Program-made: the position numbers and the translations under genes
NCBI GenBank assembly: GCA_964016885.1
Contig: OZ024748.1
Span: 41,850,001-41,914,000, forward strand
Origin: Eledone cirrhosa
Taxonomy: Eukaryota
Length of the DNA stretch: 64,000 nt
Direction of reading: 5' to 3'
In this document: positions 1 through 10,118 of the stretch, piece after piece
How positions within the stretch are numbered: position 1 is the stretch's first letter
How the letters are laid out: the number at the start of each line of letters is the position of its first letter
Notes under the pieces: model-generated
The model's input: only the letters and a program-made list of their open reading frames with translations
Told to the model about the DNA's origin: nothing
The model's database searches: none

Positions 1-839
1 TATGAGGATTTTGTGCCATCTTCCAAAGATACGTCATTAAAAAATACATCCGACAATTGATTGTTACTTAAATATAGTTTGTTTAAAGCTGGAAGTTGAC
101 CAAGTTTTAAAACTTCATTCCAATCCTTTATTTGATTGTCCGTCAATGTGAGAAATTTAAGTTTTGTCAATTTTCCACTGGTATCAATTAATCTTTCCAA
201 ATTATTAAAACACACGTACAAACTTTGAAGGGACGGAAACATGGACGAAACTGATAAAATATCAGACCAGTTGTAGTTTATTCGGTTTAAAACAAGATTT
301 CCAACTTTTGAAAAGGACTTTGCTAAAGTGTCTGTCTTTCCAGGGATTATTAAACGGTTATTACTTAAGTTTAACCTCAACAAATTAGGGGTCAAGTTTG
401 CAATTTCAGCAACATTAGTCCAATTGCTGAATAGATTATAAGAAAGATCTAATTCGGTTATTTTTGAAGCAGTTTCAGAAAACTGGTTGCTTACTTCCTT
501 TGTTCCAAGACCATAAACTGCATACTGACTGAGTATTAGAATTCTTGCAGGCATATTTAGAACTTCGTTAATTTTATAAATATAAGCATCGGGGAAAGAT
601 TGTCCTAATTTGGCCTTTAAAGGTTTAATAAATGAACCAGATTTAGGATGTTCTGCTTGAAAATAACGCCTACCTTTATAGCTACCATCATGTTTTCCTC
701 GCTGAATATCGTCCCAATCAATACCCAGCCAAATATCTTCTATTGATTCAACTTCTCCGATAAATTTTATCGTCCCAAAATAATCGTCACATTCAATACG
801 GTCACCAATGACCAGTTCACTGCCATCAGTTCGATTCAT
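1..839 (-). CDS. TBCE: Tubulin-specific chaperone E, 5' part (partial, runs off window start), no intron in 279 codons
   Basis: Manual translation from ATG at 839: MNRTDGSELVIGDRIECDDYFGTIKFIGEVESIEDIWLGIDWDDIQRGKHDGSYKGRRYFQAEHPKSGSFIKP (CAP-Gly with the GKHDG motif), followed by LRRs (ITELDLSYNLF, LLRLNLSNNRL, LKFLTLTDNQI, LNKLYLSNNQL). Absent from the ORF track because there is no stop inside the window. Confidence 0.92.
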   Translation of the reverse strand, partial: MNRTDGSELVIGDRIECDDYFGTIKFIGEVESIEDIWLGIDWDDIQRGKHDGSYKGRRYFQAEHPKSGSFIKPLKAKLGQSFPDAYIYKINEVLNMPARILILSQYAVYGLGTKEVSNQFSETASKITELDLSYNLFSNWTNVAEIANLTPNLLRLNLSNNRLIIPGKTDTLAKSFSKVGNLVLNRINYNWSDILSVSSMFPSLQSLYVCFNNLERLIDTSGKLTKLKFLTLTDNQIKDWNEVLKLGQLPALNKLYLSNNQLSDVFFNDVSLEDGTKSS

Positions 840-1204
840 GTTTATTATTTAATGTTTCACCGTCATCTGTGAATTAACACACCATCACTGGGAACTCTGA
901 GAGTGATTTCCCTTTCCATTGACAAACGATCTTCATTGTCGCTCGATTCCCCGGATTTATTTCACATTCTCAAATGATATACAGTATTCTACAATACAAC
1001 CACCATATATCAGACTTGCCAAACTCTAAAATCCCAAATGGTGAGTACCATGAAAAAAAGTGCCCCAAAACTGGGAGAAATGGGGAGATTCTACATAATG
1101 AAAACTATACCCATTTTCACAAGAAAAGACTTCTCTCACCCAACCCAAACTGAGTGGGAGATCTCCCCGTCGGACGGGAGAGTTGACACGTCTGATTGTG
1201 GGGG

Positions 1205-1378
1205 TGGTTTGGCAGTATCGGTAGAGTGTCAGACACCATGCTTTGCATAATAGAATTAGGGCCCTTTACGTTATGAGTTCAAATCCCGTCGAGGTTATCT
1301 TTGCCTTTCATCCTTACGGGGTTGATAAAGTCAAGTAATGCACTGGGGATAATTGCTGGCCTTGTGCCAAAAAATAGA
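1205..1378 (+). mobile_element. tRNA-derived SINE (family A)
   Basis: A-box-like tggcagtatcggtagag, B-box-like gagttcaaatccc, body gcctttcatccttacggggttgataaa, tail aattgctggccttgtgccaaaa; homologous inverted copies at ~15633 and ~16556. Confidence 0.75.
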
Positions 1379-1679
1379 TACTGGTTGCAGATTTCAATGA
1401 TTCCTGCACTGAATACCTCAAAATATTGTAACATCTTCCTCTTTAGGTTTTTATTAAATATCTAAATATATATATCATTGTAAACATTTTCTGGGGCTAA
1501 GGGACTTTAACCCCTCCAATATTTTGTTTCAATATACTTCAGCTTTGGTTTTTACTACTCTGATTTTCTACTCCAAGTATGTTAGTATGATGTTTTTTTA
1601 AATTTCTTTCTTAGTCTAGCAATGATGATAAAAGTGTGAGCTAATAATAATAATCGTTTCTACTGTTGGCACAAGGCCA

Positions 1680-2937
1680 GCAATTACCTCAGTTATCACC
1701 ACATGTTATATTACCTCAGTCACCACCACATGTTATATTACCTCAGTCACCACCACATGTTACGTTACCTCAGTCACCACCACATGTTACGTTACCTCAG
1801 TCATCACCACATGTAGATAACCATCTAATATTCCCAAACATTACCCCAGTCACCACTACATGTTACAGTACCCCATTCCTCACCACATGTTATATTTCCA
1901 AAACATTACCCCAGTCACCACCACATGTTACAGTACCCCAGTCATCACCACATGTTACATTCCGAAGCAGTACCCCAGTCACCACATGTTACAGTAGCCC
2001 AGTCATCACCACGTTATATTCCCAAACAGTACCCCAGTCATCACGTTATATTCCCAAACAGTACCCCAGTCACCACCACGTTACAGTACCCCAGTCACCA
2101 CCACATGTTACAGTACCCCAGTCATCACATGTTACAGTACCCAGTCATCAACACGTTACAGTACCCCAGTCACCACATGTTACAGTACCCCAGTCATCAC
2201 ATGTTACAGTACCCCAGTCACCACCACATGTTACAGTACCCCAGTCATCACATGTTACAGTACCCCAGTCATCACATGTTACAGTACCCAGTCATCAACA
2301 CGTTTCAGTACCCCAGTCACCACCACATGTTACAGTACCCCAGTCATCACGTTACAGTACCCCAGTCACCACATGTTACAGTACCCCAGTCATCACGTTA
2401 CAGTACCCCAGTCACCACATGTTACAGTACCCCAGTCATCACATGTTACAGTACCCAGTCATCAACATGTTACAGTACCCCAGTCACCACCACATGTTAC
2501 AGTACCCTAGTCATCACATGTTACAGTACCCCAGTCACCACCACATGTTACAGTACCCCAGTCACCACCACATGTTACAGTACTCCAGTCACCACCACAT
2601 GTTACAGTACCCCAGTCATCAACATGTTACAGTACCCCAGTCACCACCACATGTTACAGTACCCCAGTCACCACCACATGTTACAGTACCCCAGTCACCA
2701 CCACATGTTACAGTACCCCAGTCACCACCACATGTTACAGTACCCCAGTCATCAACATGTTACAGTACCCCAGTCACCACCACATGTTACAGTACCCTAG
2801 TCATCACATGTTACAGTACCCCAGTCACCACCACATGTTACAGTACCCCAGTCACCACCACATGTTACAGTACCCCAGTCACCACCACATGTTACAGTAC
2901 CCCAGTCATCACATGTTACAGTACCCCAGTCATCAAC
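1680..2937. repeat. Minisatellite, ~23-29 bp unit (catgttacagtaccccagtcaccacca)
   Basis: Visible tandem array; produces the repetitive ORFs at 1666, 1925 and 2757. Confidence 0.95.
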
Positions 2938-2999
2938 ATTTATAGTTTAGCAGATGCTATTATTTACCAAAATTCAATGTTCAGACTTGCAAATGTCAC

Positions 3000-3310
3000 C
3001 ACCACTCTCTACTACTACTACTACCACCATCACAATTAGACTACTACTACTACTACTACCACCATCACAACAAGACTACTACTACTACTACCACCATCAC
3101 AACTATACTACTACGTCCACTACCACCACCATCACAACTAGACTACTACGTCCACTACCATCACAACTAGACTACTACTACTACTACCACCATCACAACT
3201 AGACTACTACTACTACTACCACCATCACAACTAGACTACTACTACTACTACCACCATCACAACTAGACTACTACTACCACCACCATCACAACTAGACTAC
3301 TACTACCACC
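3000..3310. repeat. Compound (CTA)n/caccatcacaactaga minisatellite
   Basis: Direct inspection. Confidence 0.9.
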
Positions 3311-3331
3311 ATTTGATAATGACTGCATTAA

Positions 3332-5140
3332 CCCTTTAGCATTTAAACCGGCCTTTTCTCACCTCTTTAACCAGCTGTAACTGGCCACTCATACTGATGT
3401 TAAGGTATTGTTCTCAAAATAAATAATATCAGAATCTCCATGAAACTGAAAGACCCCTCAGCCAGTAACAGATTTAAAGATATTTCACTCGACGCCTATG
3501 ACAGTAAAGAAGAACAGATAGAGACATTCAATGTAGAAGAGCACTGGGAGTTCCTAAAAAATAACTTACTAGAGGCGACGGACAAGATCTGTGGTGTTGG
3601 AGCAAGACCACAGGCAGGAGGAGAGTGACTTGGTGGTGGAACAATAATGTAAATGAGGCAGTTAAGGCTAAGAGACAGGCATGGAAGAACAGGGAAAGCA
3701 GAGTACATTACATAGAGACCAGGAGGCAACAAATATTCTTAGCTAGAAGGGAAGTGGAGGATCGAAAATTCAAGCATGTTTTGCAACGCGTGGACCAGAA
3801 ACAGGTGGTGTTCAAGATTGTGAGGCAGTGTGTCAGAGAGAATTGTGATGTCATTGGAGAGAAGTGTATCTGGAATGATAAAGGTGAGCTTGCCCTCACA
3901 AGTGCTGAGAAGAAAGATGCATGGAAGAAAAATTATGAAAGATTACTAAATGAGGAGAATGCATGGGAAAAAGAGACCCTACCCCAAGTGGACCCTATAG
4001 AAGGGCCAGCAGTACAAGTCAGCAGCAGCGTAGTAAGTAAGGCAATCAAAGATATGAAGACGGAGAAGGCAACCGGTCCATCGGGTATAGCTGCTGAGAT
4101 GCTGAAAGCATCTGGGTCGGTAGGTCACACCAGAACCACACGCATTGTTAACCAGGTAATACTAGAGGGTGTCACACCAAAGGATTGGTGCAGCAGCATC
4201 ATTGTCAACTGCTACAAGGGTAAAGGTGATGCACTAGCTAGAGAAAACTATAGAGGTATAAAGCTGATGGACCAGGTCATGAAAGTAATGGAAAGAGTTA
4301 TAGCACAGTTGATTAGGGACCGGGTAAAACTAGATGAGATGCAATTTGGGTTTGTTCCAGGAAAAGGCACTACTAATGCCCTCTTCCGTGTGAGGAAGTT
4401 ACAGGAAAAGTACCTAGCTAAAAGTAAGCCGCTCTACCTGGCATTCGTCGATCTGGAAAAAGCCTTTGACAGAGTTCCCCGTGCTATAATCTGGTGGGCT
4501 CTTAGAAAACTAGGAGTAGATGAATGGCTTGTGAAAGCTGTACCAGCCATGTATAGGGGAGCAGTCAGCAAAGTTAGGATTAGCAATGACTATAGCGAGG
4601 AATTTAGCATACAGGTCGGTGTCCACCAGGACTCTGTTCTTAGTCTTATCCTGTTCATTATAGTTTTGCAGGCAATAATGGAGGAGTTTAAGACAGGATG
4701 CCAATGGGAACTCATATATGTGGATGATCTCACACTTATAGCTGAATCTATGGTGGAACTAGAGATGAAATTCCAAACATGGAAGTAGGGACTAGAAAGA
4801 AAGGGTCTCAAAGTCAACCTGACAAAGACTAAGGTCCTCGTAAGTAGACGAGAAAACAGAACCCAGATCCCCTCAGGTAAATGGCCTTGCTCAGTATGTA
4901 GGTAGGAACTCCATCCTCTGCCCCAAATGCAAACAATGGGTACACAAGAGACGCAGTGGGATCTCAGGAAGCTTAACTAAGAATGTAGGCTTCACATGTT
5001 GCAGCTGCGCTGGGACAGCAAGCAGCAAACGACCACAGGAAACAAGCACCACCAAACTCTGGCAGGGCTCTGTAGAAACAGTAGACAGTTTTACTGTGAA
5101 AATATAATAGTAAATATAGAGTAATGTAAATGATAAAGGG
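3332..5140. mobile_element. piggyBac-like MITE ends with TTAA TSD, enclosing an RTE LINE fragment
   Basis: TTAA-CCCTTTAGCATTTA at the left end and TAAATGATAAAGGG-TTAA at the right end (13/14 inverted match). Confidence 0.7.
3435..5092 (+). mobile_element. Decayed RTE-clade LINE fragment (reverse transcriptase)
   Basis: TWWWN, NYRGIKL, QFGF, FVDLEKAFDRVP, GVHQDSVLS and YVDD (~4717); frameshift near 3600, stop at 4788; both ends missing. Confidence 0.9.
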
Positions 5141-5317
5141 TTAAAACATTTTCTTCAAAGATCAGAAAAAAGACAAAAACGTTTGTGAAATTTGATGAAT
5201 TTACTTAAAAGATCAGAAATGAAATTTATGGTTATATACAAAGAATGATTATTTTCTCCTTTTGTTGTTGAGTTGTGAATAAAATATTTCAACTGTCATT
5301 CATGTTGTTAATTTATC

Positions 5318-5323
5318 TTTATT
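5318..5323 (-). promoter_or_regulatory. Candidate polyadenylation signal AATAAA of VIRMA
   Basis: tttatt on the + strand, about 80 nt downstream of the stop codon. Confidence 0.5.
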
Positions 5324-5403
5324 TTTATGGGGGAGGGATGAGAGGGGGGAGGGGCAATGAGGAGGAGAAGGGATGAGAGCGGGAGGGGATGAGGGGAGGG
5401 GGA

Positions 5404-5467
5404 TTACTTTGTGAAAGAACGGAAATGTCTGCCAATTTCTTGCCTTCCTCTGAAGGTTGGTTGGAAC
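5404..5467 (-). CDS. VIRMA: virilizer terminal coding exon (FQPTFRGRQEIGRHFRSFTK*)
   Basis: cag acceptor; TAA at 5406-5404; resembles the recalled VIRMA C-terminus GRHVRSFTR. Confidence 0.88.
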
Positions 5468-6227
5468 CTGTAAAGACAAATATGAAGATATTCTTGTAGT
5501 TTTCATTGAAAAATATACAGAAGGCTACGACAATCAGAAGGACATTAAACAGTTATTTTAGAAATATCTAATTGGGCCATACATAAACACACTATTTTTC
5601 TAAATTTTCTAGCGTCTAAAGTAACGGTCTTTTTATCTGTTCAATATATCCCTGTTAAGGTATATCTTGTGAAATTTCGAGTTTTTGCTCCACATGCCCA
5701 CTGTAAGCTGAAGATGTAAGTTTATACTTTGGGTATGTCTTATACATCAAACATTATATTTTATCTGATGAAAGCATATCATAATTTGGTATCCTTGAAA
5801 TACGTATAATAAAAATATATATGATGCTACAGTGATATTTTCCATTTATTACTATTAAAAATATTATAATACTCCAGATAAAGTTTTACTGTAGAGTGCT
5901 TCATATCTGTTATGAACATAACTCTGTTGAATAATCATCAACAGAGCATATAACTCATTGTTTCATCAACATCATCATTTTACGTCCGTTCTTCCACACT
6001 AGCATGGGTTAGACGGGTTGTCCTATTGTAGGCAGTGTCCAGTCGGCTGACCTTGTCTTGCTCAAACGGGAACTGATTCTGGCTTGATTTCTACAGCTGG
6101 ATGCTAAACGATGATGACAATGATGATGATTGTAAATTTGGCCGGGGATTTTACAACTGGATACCCTTCCTAACATCAACCACGCTTACAGTGTAGAACT
6201 GGAGGGCACTGTTATGAAGAGGGGCAG

Positions 6228-6262
<35 letters not shown>

Positions 6263-6372
6263 TATGTTATGGTCCCGTAACTCCTGGTGGAGTCGTAGGG
6301 GTGCCATATTGACATAGTGTTTCCTGGGAATTTTAAGCTTGGTGGAGCCCATCCCCCCTCCAGGCCTGTATG

Positions 6373-6406
<34 letters not shown>

Positions 6407-8553
6407 ATATATATATATGAAACTTGTGGCTGGAGCAGAGCTCCAACCAGACAGAGAGTGACCTGGTGGTGGAACAGCACAGTAGATAGGGCCATTAGAG
6501 ACGAAAGACTAGCATGGAAGGCTTGGAAAAAGGGTGGGACTAGAGAAGGATATACTGCCGCTAAGAGAGAAGCTAGACGTCAGGTGTACTTAGCATGCAG
6601 GGAGGCTGAGAGTAGGAGGTTTGCCAATGTTCTGCGACGGGAAGATCAGAGGCGTGTGGTGTTCCACATTGCAAAGCAGTGTGTCAATGCAAATCAGGAT
6701 GTTGTTGGAGATAAATGTGTCCGGAATGATGCCAGTGTACTTAGTGTCACGAATGATCAGAAAAAGGAGGCCTGGAAATGTCATTATGAGAGCTGATGAA
6801 TGTGGAGAACGAATGGGAGAGAGAGAAATTACCCTCAGTAGATCCGACAGAGGGACCAGCTATTGAGATTGACGAATATAGGGTCCAAGAGGCGATTAAG
6901 GAAATGAAAAATAGTAAGGCTGCTGGACCGTCGGGGATAGTTGCTGAGATGCTGAAGGCATCAGGGGACGTAGGCACTAAACTGGTTGCACGCATCATCA
7001 ATCAGGCTATATATGGTGGTGTCATACCCAAAGACTGGTGCAGCAGTATTCTCATAAATTGCTACAAAGGTAAAGGGGATACTCTGGAGAGAAGCAATTA
7101 TAGGGGTATAAAACTGATGGATCAGGTTATGAAAGTGGCAGAAAGGATATTAGCACAACTAATTAGAGAAAGGGTCAAGCTAGATGAGATGTAGTTTGGT
7201 TTTGTGCCTGGGAAAAGTACAACAGATGCCCTCTTCTTGGTGAGACAATTACAATTTAGGTTCTTAGAGAAGAATAAGCCACTATACTTAGCCTTTGTTG
7301 GCCTAGAGAAGGCCTTTGATAGGGTACCCCAATCTGTCATCTGGTGGTCCCTAAGGAAACTAGGTTTTGAAGAATGGCTTGTGAGGACAGTGCAAACTTT
7401 GTACAGAGGTGCTGTCAGTAAAGTCAGGGTAGGAATGGAGTTTAGTGAGGAAATCCAGATACAAGTAGGAGTACATCAAGGTTCGGTCCTCAGCCCGCTC
7501 TTGTTCATTATAGTCCTCCAAGCCATAACAGAGTTTAAGACTGGCTATCCATGGGAACTTCTCTATGCCGACGATCTGGTTCTTATAGCAGAATCAGTAC
7601 AGGAGCTAGAGAATAAATTCTGGCTATGGAAACAGCAGTTGGAAGCAAGAGGACTGAGAGTGAACCTAGCTAAGACAAAAGTGTTGATGAGTAGAAAAGA
7701 GGACAAAACTCTGATTCCGTCAGGGAAATGGCCATGTTCGATATGCAGAAAAGGAACTGGCATAAATTCTATAAAATGCACACAATCCAGATCCTGGGTA
7801 CACAAGAGATGTAGCGGGATAGCAGGCAAACTAACAGGTAGGGAGAAATACGTATGCAGTAGATGTACAGGGAAATTAGACAGTAGAAGTCGCATTGATA
7901 GACACATTTTTCAAATGCAGGCGGGTGCTATAGAAGTGATGGATAGCTTCCGGTACCTAGGAAATCAGATTAGCATGAGGGGGGAGGGGGCTGTTCCGAG
8001 GCCATAGTATCTAGAATAAGGACGGGTTGGAAGAAGTTTAGGGAGCTGCTTCCTCTGCTGACGAAGAAGGGTTTCTCTCTGCGTACAAAAGGCTGGTCAT
8101 ATGATGCCTGTGTGAGGAGCGCGATGTTGCATGGTAGTGAAACTTGGGCAGCAACTGCAGAGGATATGCGACGGCTGGAGAGAAATGAGGCAACCATGCT
8201 CCGTTGGATGTGCAGTGTAAATGTGCGTGAACGACCCAGCATGAATGTGTTTTTAGAGAGAAACTGTGTCTGAGAGGGATAGAATGTAGTGTGCGAGAGA
8301 GGAGACTGCGGTGGTATGGACATGTGATGCGCATGGAGGATGACCGATGGGTGAAGAAGTGCCAGAAAATGCCAGTTGAAGGAAGACGTGGTAGAGGTAG
8401 ACCATGAAAAACATGGACGGAGGTGGTGAGAACAGACCTCAGATCGCTGAAGCTCACGGTGGAGCTGACGAAGGACCGTGACAAGTGGAGAGATGCTGTG
8501 CTGAATAAGGCCCGTTCCACCCTTGCAAGCAGGGAAATGCGGACGTAAAATGA

Positions 8554-8602
<49 letters not shown>

Positions 8603-10059
8603 TACATATATATGTTATATAACTCCACACCACCACAATCAGACAGCTACTCTCTTGTCTTACAGTGGAACATAGCTCCAATCTTTGTGTTGAGGGGTAA
8701 ATAAATGATAATAAATTGAACCAAATCAATATTTACCTCATATCTAACTCTTTAGCTTTGGATGCAAACCAGTGGTTACTGCTGCCAGCAGCAGGGGCGT
8801 TGTTACCAACACCACCAGGACCAGTTAATCCGGGTGCACCAGCACCACCAACAGCAGCGTTCAGTAACACTGCACCTAAACTGCCACTGCTTAAATTGTT
8901 CCCTCCACGACCACCACCTCGGAGAGAAAAGCGATTGTCTCGCCCAGTACGGCGGTCAACAGTTGTTCGTTTGTCCAGCCTGAAGAAAGAAATGTAAAGA
9001 AAAAAGATATATATTTGTTTTACAGTGTATTGAGTGCTTTATATTGTGGCACCAACAGTAGAGAGAGGTTGTCATGGTAACAGCACTAGAGAGAGAGGTT
9101 GTCATGGTAACAACACTAGAGCGATTAAATTGATAAAATAGTATCCCTTACCCTCCTCTGATAAACTGGCGTGGGCTGTTGAAACTGATATTGGTTCTGT
9201 TGGGGTAAATATTCATACCACCACCACCATCACCTCTTCCACCACCTCCACCACCACCACCATCACCTCTGCCACCGCCACCATCACCTCTACCGCTGCC
9301 ACCATCACCCCTGCCGCCGGCACCTAGACCACCTCCGGCTCCACCGCCACGAGAATTCTGTGGGTAATATGGTAATGTAGCTTTGTTGGTATTGTGACCT
9401 AGAGAGAGAGAGAGAGGGAGAGAGGGAGAGAATGTTAAAATGAGAAGATGACCTGTCATGTGATCAGTATTTTGGGCAGTAACATCAACTTATATTACAA
9501 AGGTAAGGAACCAATCACCAGACCAATGGAAACATTGTCTTTCCATTGCTGATATCTGTCACTCACAACTCCTGGCAGAAGAAACGAATGAATTGTCAGA
9601 TCAGAACAATGGAAACAACACTTATCTAATGATCCTGTAACAACACTCATCACTTTGCCTTAAATAAGAATATATACATATATATATACACTGAACATTG
9701 ATGTATATATCATCATCATCATTTCATTTTACGTCCGCTTTTCCCTGCTTGCAAGGGTGGGACGGGAACTGATTCTGGTTTGATTTCTACAGCTGGATGC
9801 CCTTCCTAACACCAACCTCATTTACAGTGAGTGCTGGGTGCTTTTTTTTGCCGTGGTACCTCCACGACCACTTTGCAGTGGAATGATAGGGACATCTCAT
9901 TTCTACAGCTGAGTGAACTGGAGCAACGTGAAATAAAGTGTCTTGCTCAAGGAAACAACACATCACCCAGTCTGAGAATTGAACTTACAACCTTTCGATT
10001 GCAAGGCCAATGCTCTAACCACTAAGCCATGTGCCTCCATATATACATGGTAAACATTG

Positions 10060-10118
<59 letters not shown>

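Noticed and set aside
1038-1250. + strand ORF with ATG followed directly by a strong gtgagt donor, possibly the first exon of a gene divergent from TBCE
   Set aside because: No downstream + strand exons could be identified, and the ORF runs into a SINE; unsupported without transcript data.
1666-3202. Long Pro/His/Thr-rich ORFs (457 aa, 291 aa) resembling amelogenin- or extensin-like proteins
   Set aside because: They are translations of a variable-length minisatellite that is open in several frames and shifts frame between units; no non-repetitive coding context.
8716-8997. + strand Pro/Ala-rich ORFs
   Set aside because: Antisense shadow of VIRMA exon 8737-8979.
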